A stretch of DNA of 64,000 nucleotides from Eledone cirrhosa (Eukaryota), in NCBI GenBank assembly GCA_964016885.1, contig OZ024742.1, forward strand, positions 236,096,001 to 236,160,000. Direction: 5' to 3'. Under the pieces are notes generated by a model. That model was not told the origin of the DNA. It was given only the letters and a program-made list of their open reading frames with translations, and made no database searches. The number at the start of each line of letters is the position of its first letter. Within the stretch, counting starts at the first letter, position 1. Shown one piece after another: positions 12,289 to 24,056 of this stretch. Both the position numbers and the translations under genes were made by a program.

Positions 12289-12727
12289 AAACATTTAGGA
12301 TATTATTTTCATTTTAAATCTATTTTCTGTCGCACCATGTTGACTTAGATGTAATAAACATTTAAATTTATATATTTTTCAGGTATCATCTAATCTTTTT
12401 TTTTTACCTTTGGGAACTATTAGTATAACAGTCTGTGAAAAAGAGCTCAATTTCAAACAACTAAATGCAAGCTCTATTCTGAGTAATAAAAAGTATTTAC
12501 ATCTGCTTACGTTTTCGTGGTCTGGTTTATATGTAGAAAAATAATAATAAAACACTACAGACTTGGATCAGCATAGGTCACTCTGTTTTACTTGTAGTAT
12601 TTTATATATTGGGTTTAAAAGGAAGAAACAATAGGGGCTGTAGGAAACGTCTAGATAATCCGGAAAGAAAAAGAACGGGAAAAAGAGCAAGAAAACTGTT
12701 TTCTTTAAAAAAAAAAAAGATGATGAT

Positions 12728-12799
12728 GGGCTCGTCCGTGATTTACACCCTGGACCTCTCGCACCCAAGGCGAGAACCATGCGTCCAGACCAACGAAAC
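12728..12799 (-). pseudogene. tRNA-Pro(TGG) degenerate, type C
   Basis: Type-C lesions. Confidence 0.85.
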
Positions 12800-13203
12800 A
12801 ACGCATAACAATGCAATTAAATATATATTAGTAATTATAGTTTTAATGATAGTTGTAACTGAGTCTCTATGTTGGAAACACTTTTTTCTTTCTTTTTTAA
12901 CTTATGTTGGGAACATTTTTTTTTGTTTGCTTTTTAATTTTAATTTATTTTATTATGTTTCTACAGGTCTAGGATCTTTAGGACACGCGGTCTATTCTTC
13001 AAACATAATTCCACTTCTCAATCATGTCCAAATATCAATAAATCAATAACATCAACCCAATAATCACAACTGACGCCATAACATTACTATTACACCTTTT
13101 TTATAAAGCATATGACGTGGCCAATTTCAGAAAGTGTAATATATTTGCAAAGTAATATAAACTTACTGCTTTTAGTATATTAATTTGAACGTATTTACCA
13201 GTT

Positions 13204-13274
13204 GGTTCGTTGTCTAGGGGTATGATTTTCGCTTAGGGTGCGAGAGGTCCCGGGTTCAAATCCCGGACGAGCTC
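13204..13274 (+). pseudogene. tRNA-Pro(AGG) type D with 1-nt deletion
   Basis: As 9308-9378. Confidence 0.7.
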
Positions 13275-13721
13275 AAACTTTTTGGAATGTTTTTTATCGT
13301 AAGGCTATTTTCTGTCACACTGTATTGACTTGGATGTAATGTACATGTTTTTCAGGTATCATCTAATCTTTTTTTTCACTTTTGAGAACTATTAGTATAA
13401 CAGTCTGTGATGAAAAAAAAAGCTCAATTTAAAACAACTAAATGCAAGCTCTATATAATTTCTGAGTAACAAAGAGTATTTACATTTGTTTACGTTTCTG
13501 TGGTCTGGTTTATATGGAGAAAAATAGTAAAACTCTACAGACGTCGATCAGTATTGGTCACTCAAATTTACTTGTAGTATTTAACATATTGGATTTAAAA
13601 GAAAACAATAGGGGTTGTGGCAAACGTCGAGATCATCCGGAAAGAAGAACAAGAAAAAGAACTTTTGCGTACTGAACAAAAACTGCTTTGTTTTTTTTGA
13701 AAAGAAATAAGAGGTTATAAT

Positions 13722-13793
13722 GGGCTCGTCCGGGATTTGAACCCGGGACCTCTCGCACCCAAAGCGAGAATCATACCCCTAGACCAGCGAGCC
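13722..13793 (-). tRNA. tRNA-Pro(TGG), type A, C7 variant
   Basis: Canonical except C7:A66. Confidence 0.8.
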
Positions 13794-14127
13794 AGCTACG
13801 TTCCGATTAAATACGTACTAGTAATTATAGTGTTAATGCTAATTGTAAGTGAGACTCTGACTGACTGTTAATTTGGAGAGACATTTTTTGTTTCTTTTAT
13901 AACTTTCATTTATTTTATCATGTTTTCAGTTGTCGAGGTTTTTTAGGTCGTTTGGTCACCTCTTAAATCAATAGTCCATTTCTCAATCATATCAAAATAT
14001 CGATAAATCAATAAGAAAGCCTCATCCAGTATATGAAGTGGCCAGTTGTTGAAGGTGTCATCGTAGCTGTGCGAATTAACATAATGTGGTTGCTATTTGT
14101 AATATAATGTGTATTTATTTACCAGTT

Positions 14128-14200
14128 GGCTCGTTGGTCTAGGGGTATGATTTTTCGCTTAGGGTGCGACAGATCCCGGGTTCAAATCCTGGACGAGCCC
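14128..14200 (+). pseudogene. tRNA-Pro(AGG) type B variant
   Basis: T5 run and GCGAC. The T-stem 3' strand is CCTGG. Confidence 0.7.
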
Positions 14201-14643
14201 AATCATTTAGGATATTAATTTCATTTTAAATCTATTTTCTGTCGCACCATGTTGACTTAGATGTAATAAACATTTAAATTTATATATTTTTCAGGTATCA
14301 TCTAATCTTTTTTTTTTTTTACCTATGGGAACTATTAGTATAACAGTCTGTGAAAAAGAGCTCAATTTCAAACAACTAAATGCAAGCTCTATTCTGAGTA
14401 ACAAAAAGTATTTACATCTGCTTACGTTTTCGTGGTCTGGTTTATATGTAGAAAAAAATAATAAAACACTACAGACTTGGATCAGCATAGGTCACTCTGT
14501 TTTACTTGTAGTATTTTACATATTGGGTTTAAAAGGAAGAAACAATAGGGGCTGTAGGAAACGTCTAGATAATCCGGAAAGAAAAAGAACGGGAAAAAGA
14601 GTAAGAAGACTGTTTACTTTAAAAAAAAAAAAAAGATGATGAT

Positions 14644-14715
14644 GGGCTCGTCCGTGATTTGCACCCTGGACCTCTCGCACCCAAGGCGAGAACCATGCGT
14701 CTAGACCAACGGACA
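14644..14715 (-). pseudogene. tRNA-Pro(TGG) degenerate, type C
   Basis: Type-C lesions. Confidence 0.85.
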
Positions 14716-15118
14716 ACGCATAACAATGCAATTAAATATATATTAGTAATTATAGTTTTAATGATAGTTGTAACTGAGTCTCTATGTTGGAAACACTTTT
14801 TTCTTTCTTTTTTAACTTATGTTGGGAACATTTATTTTTGTTTGCTTTTTATTTTTAATTTATTTTATTATGTTTCTACAGGTCTAGGATTTTTAGGACA
14901 CCCGGTCTATTCTTCAAACATAATTCCACTTCTCAATCATGTCCAAATATCAATAAATCAATAACATCAACCCAATAATCACAATTGACGCCATAACATT
15001 ACTATTACACCTATTTTATAAAGCATATGACGTGGCCAATTTCAGAAAGTGTAATATATTTGCAAAGTAATATAAACTTACTGCTTTTAGTATATTAATT
15101 TGAACGAATTTACCAGTT

Positions 15119-15190
15119 GGTTCGTTGGTCTAGGGGTATGATTTTCGCTTAGGGTGCGAGAGCTCCCGGGTTCAAATCCCGGACGAGCCC
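15119..15190 (+). tRNA. tRNA-Pro(AGG), type D, 72 nt
   Basis: Full cloverleaf with variable loop AGCTC. Confidence 0.78.
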
Positions 15191-15627
15191 AAACTTTTTG
15201 GAATGTCTTTTATCATAAGGCTATTTTCTGTCACACTGTGTTGACTTGGATGTAATGTACATGTTTTTCAGGTATCATCTAATCTTTTTTTCACTTTTGA
15301 GAACTATTTGTATAACAGTCTGTGATGAAAAAAAAAGCTCAATTTAAAACAATTAAATGCAAGCTCTATATAATTTCTGAGTAACAAAGAGTATTTACAT
15401 CTGTTTACGTTTCTGTGGTCTGGTTTATATGGAGTAAAATAGTAAAACTCTACAGACGTCGATCAGTATTGGTCACTCAAATTTACTTGTAGTATTTAAC
15501 ATATTGGATTTAAAAGAAAACAATAGGGGTTGTGGCAAACGTCGAGATCATCCGGAAAGAAGAACAAGAAAAATAACTTTTGTGTACTGAACAAAAACTG
15601 TTTTGTTTTTTTTGAAAAACAATAAGA

Positions 15628-15699
15628 GGGCTCGTCCGGGATTTGAACCCGGGACCTCTCGCACCCAAAGCGAGAATCATACCCCTAGACCAACTAGCC
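15628..15699 (-). tRNA. tRNA-Pro(TGG), type A, A5 variant
   Basis: One acceptor-stem mismatch. Confidence 0.75.
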
Positions 15700-16033
15700 A
15701 GCTACGTTCCGATTAAATGCGTACTAGTAATTATAGTGTTAATGCTAGTTGTAAGTGAGACTCTGACTGACTGTTAATTTGGAGAGACATTTTTTGTTTC
15801 TTTTATAACTTTCATTTATTTTATCATATTTTCAGTTGTCGAGGTTTTTTAGGTAGTTTGGTCACCTCTTAAATCAATAGTCCATTTCTCAATCATATCA
15901 AAATATCGATAAATCAATAACAAAGCCTCATCCAGTATATGAAGTGGCCAGATGTTGAAGGTGTAATCGTAGCTGTGCGAATTAACATAATGTGGTTGCT
16001 ATTTGTAATATAATGTGTATTTATTTACCTGTT

Positions 16034-16106
16034 GGCTCGTTGGTCTAGGGGTATGATTTTTCGCTTAAGGTGCGACAGATCGCGGGTTCAAATCGCGGAC
16101 GAGCCC
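16034..16106 (+). pseudogene. tRNA-Pro-derived type B with AAG anticodon
   Basis: Loop TTAAGGT. The T stem has two mismatches. Confidence 0.8.
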
Positions 16107-16544
16107 AAACATTTAGGATATTATTTTCATTTTAAATCTATTTTCTGTCGCACCATGTTGACTTAGATGTAATAAACATTTAAATTTATATATTTTTCAG
16201 GTATCATCTAATCTTTTTGTTTTACCTTTGGGAACTATTAGTATAACAGTCTGTGAACGAGAGCTCAATTTCAAACAACTAAATACAAGCTCTATTCTGA
16301 GTAACAAAGTATTTACATCTGCTTACGTTTTCGTGATCTGGTTTATATGTAGAAAAAAATAATAAAACACTACAGACTTGGATCAGCATAGGTCACTCTG
16401 TTTTACTTGTAGTATTTTACATATTGGGTTTAAAAGGAAGAAACAATAGGGGCTGTAGGAAACGTCTAGATAATCCGGAAAGAAAAAGAACGGGAAAAAG
16501 AGTAAGAAGACTGTTTACTTTAAAAAAAAAAAAAAGATGATGAT

Positions 16545-16616
16545 GGGCTCGTCCGTGATTTGCACCCTGGACCTCTCGCACCCAAGGCGAGAACCATGCG
16601 TCTAGACCAACGGACA
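16545..16616 (-). pseudogene. tRNA-Pro(TGG) degenerate, type C
   Basis: Type-C lesions. Confidence 0.85.
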
Positions 16617-17019
16617 ACGCATAACAATGCAATTAAATATATATTAGTAATTATAGTTTTAATGATAGTTGTAACTGAGTCTCTATGTTGGAAACACTTT
16701 TTTCTTTCTTTTTTAACTTATGTTGGGAACATTTATTTTTGTTTGCTTTTTATTTTTAATTTATTTTATTATGTTTCTACAGGTCTAGGATTTTTAGGAC
16801 ACCCGGTCTATTCTTCAAACATAATTCCACTTCTCAATCATGTCCAAATATCAATAAATCAATAACATCAACCCAATAATCACAATTGACGCCATAACAT
16901 TACTATTACACCTATTTTATAAAGCATATGACGTGGCCAATTTCAGAAAGTGTAATATATTTGCAAAGTAATATAAACTTACTGCTTTTAGTATATTAAT
17001 TTGAACGCATTTACCAGTT

Positions 17020-17091
17020 GGTTCGTTGGTCTAGGGGTATGATTTTCGCTTAGGGTGCGAGAGCTCCCGGGTTCAAATCCCGGACGAGCCC
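17020..17091 (+). tRNA. tRNA-Pro(AGG), type D, 72 nt
   Basis: As 15119-15190. Confidence 0.78.
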
Positions 17092-17536
17092 AAACTTTTT
17101 GGAATGTCTTTTATCATAAGGCTATTTTCTGTCACACTGTGTTGACTTGGATGTAATGTACATGTTTTTCAGGTATCATCTAATCTTTTTTCACTTTTGA
17201 GAACTATTAGTATAACAGTCTGTGATGAAAAAAAAAGCTCAATTTAAAACAATTAAATGCAAACTCTATATAATTTCTGAGTAACAAAGAGTATTTACAT
17301 CTGTTTACGTTTCTGTGGTCTGGTTTATATGGAGAAAAATAGTAAAACTCTACAGACGTCGATCAGTATTGGTCACTCAAATTTACTTGTAGTATTTAAC
17401 ATATTGGATTTAAAAGAAAACAATAGGGGTTGTGGCAAACGTCGAGATCATCCGGAAAGAAGAACAAGAAAAAGAACTTTTGTGTACTGAACAAAAACTG
17501 TTTTGCTTCTTTTGAAAAAAAATAAGAGGTTATAAT

Positions 17537-17608
17537 GGGCTCGTCCGGGATTTGAAACCGCGACCTCTCGCACCCAAAGCGAGAATCATACCCCTAGACC
17601 AGCGAGCC
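17537..17608 (-). pseudogene. tRNA-Pro(TGG) type A with damaged T arm
   Basis: The plus strand reads GAAACCGCGAC, so G53 is lost. Also a C7 variant. Confidence 0.75.
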
Positions 17609-17943
17609 AGCTACGTTCCGATTAAATACGTACTAGTAATTATAGTGTTAATGCTAGTTGTAAGTGAGACTCTGACTGACTGTTAATTTGGAGAGACATT
17701 TTTTGTTTCTTTTATAACTTTCATTTAATTTAAACAAGTTTTCAGATGTCGAGGTTTTTCAGGTCGTTTGGTCACCTCTTAAATCAATAGTCCATTTCTC
17801 AATCATATCAAAATATCGATAAATCAATAACAAAGCCTCATCCAGTATATGAAGTGGCCAGTTGTTGAAGGTGTAATCGTAGCTGTGCGAATTAACATAA
17901 TGTGGTTGCTATTTGTAATACAATGTGTATTTATTTACCAGTT

Positions 17944-18016
17944 GGCTCGTTGGTCTAGGGGTATGATTTTTCGCTTAGGGTGCGACAGATCCCGCGTTCA
18001 AATCGCGGACGAGCCC
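17944..18016 (+). pseudogene. tRNA-Pro(AGG) type B with re-paired T stem
   Basis: T arm reads CCGCG-TTCAAAT-CGCGG. Confidence 0.7.
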
Positions 18017-18452
18017 AAACATTTAGGATATTATTTTCATTTTAAATCTATTTTCTGTCGCACCATGTTGACTTAGATGTAATAAACATTTAAACTTATA
18101 TATTTTTCAGGTATCATCTAATCTTTTTTTTTACCTTTGGGAACTATTAGTATAACAGTCTGTGAAAAAGAGCTCAATTTCAAACAACTAAATGCAAGCT
18201 CTATGCTGAGTAACAAAAAGTATTTACATCTGCTTACGTTTTCGTGGTCTGGTTTATATGTAGAAAAATAATAATAAAACACTACAGACTTGGATCAGCA
18301 TAGATCACTCTGTTTTACTTGTAGTATTTTACATATTGGATTTAAAAGGAAGAAACAATAGGGGCTGTAGGAAACGTCTAGATAATCCGGAAAGAAAAAG
18401 AACGAGAAAAAGAGCAAGAAAACTGTTTTCTTTAAAAGAAAAAAATTATGAT

Positions 18453-18524
18453 GGGCTCGTCCGTGATTTGCACCCTGGACCTCTCGCACCCAAGGCGAGA
18501 ACCTTGCGTCTAGACCAACGAACA
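18453..18524 (-). pseudogene. tRNA-Pro(TGG) degenerate, type C
   Basis: Type-C lesions. Confidence 0.85.
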
Positions 18525-18812
18525 ACGCATAACGATACAATTAAATATATATTAGTAATTATAGTTTTAATGACAGTTGTAACTGAGTCTCTATGTTGGA
18601 AACACTTTTTTCTTTCGTTTGTAACTTATGTTGGGAACATTTATTTTTGTTTGCTTTTTAATTAACAGGTCACTCTGTTTTACTTGTAGTATTTTAAAAG
18701 GAAAAAACAATAGGGGCTGTGGGAAACGTCGAGATAATCCGGAAAGAAGAAGAACAAGAAAAAGAGCAAGAAAACTGTTTTCTTTAAAAAAAAAAAAAAA
18801 AAAGGTTATGAT

Positions 18813-18884
18813 GGTCTGGTCCGGGATTTGCACCCGGGACCTATCGAACCCAAGGAGAGAAACATGCATCTAGACTAACGAACA
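18813..18884 (-). pseudogene. Degenerate tRNA-Pro(TGG)
   Basis: Many substitutions, collinear with type C. Confidence 0.75.
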
Positions 18885-19395
18885 ACGCATAACGACTCCA
18901 TTAAATATATATTAGTAATTATAGTTTTAATGTTAGTAGTAACCGAGTCTCTATGTTGGAAACACTTTTTTGTTTCTTTCTAAACTTTATTTATTGTATT
19001 GATTTTTGCTTTTGAGGTTTTTTTTTAGGTCATCTGGTCACCTCTTATATCTAAAGACCAATTCTAAATCATATCAAAATACCAATAAATCAATAACATC
19101 TGCTCAAAACCACAATTGACTACACAACATCACACCTTTCATAGAACATACGAGGAATAGGCAACGTAACCGACCCTGGCAAAATAGACAAACATGCTTT
19201 TTAAGGTTAATTTAGCGGTAAACGCCAACAGGATGCAACTCTAGCCGGGGTCCTGTAAGCTTATTTTACCAGTAAATAATAAATAGTGTTTTAGAACCCT
19301 GGTGGTGACTTTCTGCTAAAATGTGTAATGGTACTTTTGCTAATTAAAATTATCTGGTTCTTATTTGTAATATAATTCGAAAGTATTCACCAGTT

Positions 19396-19461
19396 GGCTC
19401 GTTGGTCTACGGGGGTATGATTTTTAGCTCAGGCTGCAAGATTCAAATTCTGGACGAGCCC
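19396..19461 (+). pseudogene. tRNA-Pro-derived type E with internal deletion
   Basis: Anticodon arm TTAGCTCAGGCTGCAAG. The T-stem 5' strand is deleted. Confidence 0.8.
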
Positions 19462-19836
19462 AATCGTTTAGAAACATTTTTTTAAAAATTATAAACCTAT
19501 TTTATGTCGCACTTTGTTTACTTAGATGTAATGTATATTTAAATGTATAATTGCAAAACAATAAGAAAACTGTCTAATTCGTTGATTATTCTATCATAAC
19601 CATATTTTTTAACAAACAAGGAAAAGTTATAACTTTATAATTTCATGTTATACATTTATATTATTGAAAAGGTAAAATCATAACCTTAGACCAGCCGGTT
19701 CATTTGTAGAATTGTAAACATTTATCATTGATAATCTTGAAGCTTAATATCCTTCAAGAAGAAGAAGAAAAGGAAGAAGGAGAAGAAAAAGAAACTCTGG
19801 TGTACTGAACAAAAAAAACTTTTAAAATGATAAGTT

Positions 19837-19881
19837 GGGCTCGCACCCAAAGCGAGAATCATACCCCTAGACCAACGAGCC
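19837..19881 (-). pseudogene. tRNA-Pro(TGG) lacking the T arm
   Basis: Deletion between two CTCG motifs. Confidence 0.85.
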
Positions 19882-20254
19882 ACGTGCAACCACCTGATTA
19901 AATATATACTAATAATTATAGTTTTAATGTTAGTTGTACCTGAGTCTCTGACTGACTGTTATGTTGGAAAGACAATTTTTAATTCTTTTTTAACCTTAAT
20001 TTATTGTATTATTTTTCCTGATGTCGAGATTTTCTAGGTCACCCGGTCCACCCTTTAATCTATATTCCATTTCTTAATCATATCAAAATGTCAGTAAATC
20101 TATAACATCTACTCTACAATCAAAATTGGCACTACAACATCACACTTTTATAGAACATATGACGAATAGACTACGTTGCCGGTCACGGCAAAATAGATAA
20201 ACATGCTTTATAAGCATAATACACCTGTAAACCCTTATTTTGCCACTAAATAAT

Positions 20255-20450
20255 TGTTTCTACTTGTTTCTACTTTTGGCACAAGGCCAGCAATTGCCCA
20301 GTGTATTACTGGTACTTTATTTTATCGACCCCGTAAGGATGAAAGGCAAAGTTAACCTCGGCGGGATTTGAACTCAGAATGGCAAGGGTCGTAACTCTAT
20401 GCGTCAAAGCATGGCGTCCGACCCTCTACCGATACTGCCAATTCACCGCC
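20255..20450 (-). mobile_element. Full-length tRNA-derived SINE (cephalopod-type, Nin/Deu-like central domain)
   Basis: Minus strand has A box TGGCAGTATCGG, B box GAGTTCAAATCCC and GCCTTTCATCCTTACGGGGTCGATAAA. A 17-bp TSD TTTTGCCACTAAATAAT lies at 20238-20254 and 20453-20469. Empty sites occur near 28355, 40275 and 52872. The family name is from recall. Confidence 0.9.
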
Positions 20451-20622
20451 ATTTTTGCCACTAAATAATAAATAGTGTTTTAAATCGCTGACAAGCCCAA
20501 ACATTTCGGATATTATTTTCATTTTAAGTCTATTTTCTGTCGCACCATGTTAACTTAGATGTAATAAACATTTAAATTTATATATTTTTCAGTTATCATC
20601 TAATCTTTTTTTTTTTACCTTT

Positions 20623-20696
20623 GGCTCGCTGGTCTAGGGGTTATGATTTTTAGCTCAGGCTGCGAGAGGTCCCGGATTCAAATCCCGGACGAGCCC
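20623..20696 (+). pseudogene. Ectopic type-E tRNA-Pro copy inside spacer
   Basis: Lacks the usual 5' flank. An empty site is seen near 37020. Confidence 0.8.
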
Positions 20697-21502
20697 AATC
20701 GTTTAGAAACATCGTATAACAGTCTGTGAAAAAGAGCTCAATTTCAAACAACTAAATGCAAGCTCTATTCTGAGTAACAAAAAGTATTTACATCTGCTTA
20801 CGTTTTCGTGGTCTGGTTTATATGGAGAAAAATAATAATAAAACACTAGAGACTTGGATCAGCATAGGTCACTCTGTTTTACTTGTAGAATTTTACAAAT
20901 TGGGTTTAAAAGCAAGAAACAATTGGGGCTGTAGGCAACGTCTAGATAATCCGGAAATAAGAAGAACCAGCAAAAGAGCATTCCTGTATTGAACAAAGAA
21001 AAAAAAAAAAGTATAATGGGCTAGTCCGGGAATTGAACCCGAGACCTCTCTGAGTCTCTATGCTGGAAACACTTTTTTGTTTCTTTTTTCACTTTTGTTT
21101 ATTGTATTGATTCTTGTTTTTGGTTTTGTTTTAGGTCATCTGGTCACCTCTTATATGTAAAGTGCAATTCTCAATCATATCAAAATACCAATAAATCAAT
21201 AACATCTGCTCAATAACCACAATTGACTCCATAACATCACACCTTTCATAGAACATACGAGGAATAGGCAACGTAACCGGCCCCGGCAAAATAGTCAAAC
21301 ATGCTTTTTAAGCTTAATTTACCGGTAAACGCTGAAAGGATGCAACTCTAGCCGGGGTCCTGTAAGCTTATTTTACCAGTAAATAATAAATAGTGTTTTA
21401 GAACCCAGGTGGTGACTTTCTGCTAAAATGTGTAATGGTAGTTTTGTGAATTAATATTATCTGGTTGTTATTTGTAATATAATTTGAAAGTATTCACCAG
21501 TT

Positions 21503-21576
21503 GGCTCGTTGTTTTAGGAGCTATGATTTTTAGCTCAGGCTGCGAGAGGTCCCGGATTCAAATTCTGGACGAGCCC
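21503..21576 (+). pseudogene. tRNA-Pro-derived type E
   Basis: A box, anticodon arm and B box are mutated. Confidence 0.8.
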
Positions 21577-21991
21577 AATCATTTATAAACATTTTTTTTA
21601 ATTATAAAATTATTTTCTGTCGCACTTTGTTTACTTAGATGTAATGTATATTTAAATGTATAATTGCAAAACAATAAAGAAAACTGTCTAATTTGTTGAT
21701 TATTCTATCATAGCCCAATACTTTATAATTTCATGTTATACGTTTATCATTATTGAAAAGTTAAAACCATAACCTTAGACCAGCCTGTTCATTTGTAGAA
21801 GGGTGCTTGAGATAAAACCTCGTAAAGCGTGACTGCAGGCACTGTCCCCATGGTCCTCTCAAGAATTGTAAACATTTATCATTGATAATCTTGAAGCTTA
21901 AGATCCTTCAAGAAGAAGAAGAAAAAGCAGAAGAAGGAGAAGAAAAAGAAACCTTGGTGAACTGAACAAAAAAGCTTAAATGATTTAAGTT

Positions 21992-22048
21992 GGGCTCTCC
22001 CGGGATTTGCACCCAAAGCGAGAATCATACCAATTCACCGAACGAGCC
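21992..22048 (-). pseudogene. Deleted tRNA-Pro(TGG)
   Basis: Internal deletion and a damaged D arm. Confidence 0.75.
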
Positions 22049-22519
22049 ATATTTATTATATTAATAGGAGCTGTTGAAGTTTTTTTAGGGTCATCTGGTC
22101 ACCTCTTATCTCCAATTATCAATCATGTCAAAATACCAATAACTCAATAACATTTGCTCAATAATTACAATTGACTCCATAACATCACACGTTTCATAGA
22201 ACATATGAGGAATAGGATACGTATCCGGTCTCGGTAAAACAAACAAATATGCTTATTAAGCTTAATTTACCGGTGAAAGCTGAAAGGATGCAACTCTAGC
22301 CGGGTTACCGTAAGCTTATTTTACCACTAAATAGTAAATAGTGTTTTAGAACCCAGTTCGTTGACTTCTATCTTTAGACCAGTTGGTGACTATCTGCTAA
22401 AATTCTTAATTTCTAAAATAATTTACTTACTGTTAACATTCTTAATTTCTAAAATATTTCACTCTGCTAAAATTCTAAAGCCATGAAACTCAGTAGATAT
22501 TTGGAATTATTAACCAGTT

Positions 22520-22591
22520 GGCTCGTTGGTCGAGGGGTATGATTTTCGCTTAGGGTGTGAGAGTTCCCACGTTCAAATCCCGGACGAACCC
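22520..22591 (+). pseudogene. Degenerate tRNA-Pro(AGG)
   Basis: T-stem and anticodon-stem mismatches. Confidence 0.8.
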
Positions 22592-22959
22592 AAACTCTTG
22601 GGATTTTCTTTTATGATAAATCTATTTTCTGTCGCACTGTGTTGACTCGGATGTAATGTATATGTTTTTCAGGTATCATATTTACGTCTGTTTACGTTTC
22701 TCTGCTATGGTTATTTGTGAAAAATATTAAAACTCTACAGACGTCGATCAGTATTGGTCACTCAGATTTACTTGTAGTATTTAACATATTGGATTTAAAA
22801 GGAAAAAAATAGGGGTTGTGGCAAACGTCGAGATCATCCGGGCATTGAATTCGGGTTCTCCAACACATGAAGCTAGAAAGAGACCCCTAGTCAAACAACT
22901 CTCACTTCTATTGTATTTGTTTCTTTCGGACAGAAATTCACTTCTCATACATAATTATT

Positions 22960-23312
22960 ACTAATCTCTAAAGTCGTATAAAGAGGTAAATGGAGTTCCA
23001 CTGAAGCATGTGGATAAGTTGAATTATGTCGGGGCCGTGTTGACGAGTGATGGAAGTCAGGAGGCTGAATTAAGTGCAAGAATTGCAGGAGCTGGTGCAG
23101 TAATACGCCAGCTCTAGCATTTAGCAATCAGAAGAGAGGTAGGCGTAAAAGCCAAACACGTTATCTTCAATTCGGTATTCATTCCAACCCTAACCTATGG
23201 TTAAAAATCTGGAGTAATGACATCGCGAATACAAGCGGCCGTAATACGAACGCGAATACAAGCGGCCGACATGGGTTTCTTCGGCAGGGTCTTTGGAGTA
23301 ACGTTACTGGAG
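22960..23312 (+). mobile_element. RTE-clade (Expander/Rex3-like) LINE remnant, RT C-terminal part
   Basis: Translates to VNGVPLKHVDKLNYVGAVLTSDGSQEAELSARIAGAGAVIRQL*...IFNSVFIPTLTYG...SRIQAA..MGFFGRVFGVTL with in-frame stops. Confidence 0.88.
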
Positions 23313-23984
23313 AAAAATCCTCGGTCAAAAGGTATGATACTCGCTTTGAGTTTAATATGTTACGGATTCAAATCCTAGGCGAGCGCCTTTTTATCCCTTG
23401 TACATGTACTTTTAAATTTACGTTTCATATAAATTCTTACAGGACAGCAGAAAATAGCGTTAGATTCCTAAAACTTAATGAGGGTTCATCAGGGATTTGA
23501 ACCGGGGTCCCCCACCCGAACATTTAGCGAGAACATACGCATAGACCAAGGAGACCACTGACTAAAAACTTCCACTTATATTACCAATAGTAAAAGTGTA
23601 ATATTAATTTAAAATACATAACGTATCCTATATTGTTTTTGCAAAACAACAAATAAAACTGTCTAATTTGTTGATTATTCTATCATAACCATATTTTCTA
23701 ACAAACAAGGAAAAGTTACAACTTTATAATTTCATGTTATACATTTATTATTATTGAAAAGTTAAAACCATAACCTTAGACCTGCCGGTACATCTGTAGA
23801 AGGTTGCTTTAGATAAAACCTCCTAAAGTGTGTCTGAAGGCACTGTCCCCACGGCCGTCTCAAGAATTGTAAACATTTATCATTGATAATCTTGAAGCTT
23901 AAGATCCTTCAAGAAGAAGAAAAAGCAGAAGAAGAAAAAGAGACTTTAGTGTACTGAACAAAAAAACTTAAAATATTAAAAGTT

Positions 23985-24056
23985 GGGCCCGTCCGGGATT
24001 TGAACCCGGGACCTCTCGCACCCAAAGCGAGAATCATACCCCTAGACCAACGAGCC
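23985..24056 (-). tRNA. tRNA-Pro(TGG), U4:G69 variant
   Basis: Canonical apart from one wobble pair. T4 lies immediately downstream. Confidence 0.9.

Larger units (their letters stand above)
1..18660. repeat. Homogeneous tandem array of a 1.91-1.95 kb unit carrying four tRNA-Pro-derived genes (A -, B +, C -, D +)
   Basis: Type-A tRNA copies start at 193, 2128, 4057, 5968, 7878, 9826, 11774, 13722, 15628 and 17537 (periods 1906-1948 bp). Spacers are near identical and the unit is itself two related halves of about 1 kb. Confidence 0.97.

Noticed and set aside
193-18524. The tRNA-Pro copies as heads of a SINE family
   Set aside because: Both flanks are shared between copies with no TSDs or tails, which indicates DNA-level tandem duplication.
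1146-18873. Repeated ORFs with PGPLAPKAR and hydrophobic stretches, resembling a membrane peptide family
   Set aside because: They are antisense readings of tRNA-Pro plus AT-rich spacer. Frames shift with homopolymer length and most lack ATG starts.
21908-21952. GAA-rich tract coding EEEEKAEEGEEKE
   Set aside because: It is a low-complexity purine tract of the spacer with no sustained ORF or splice evidence.
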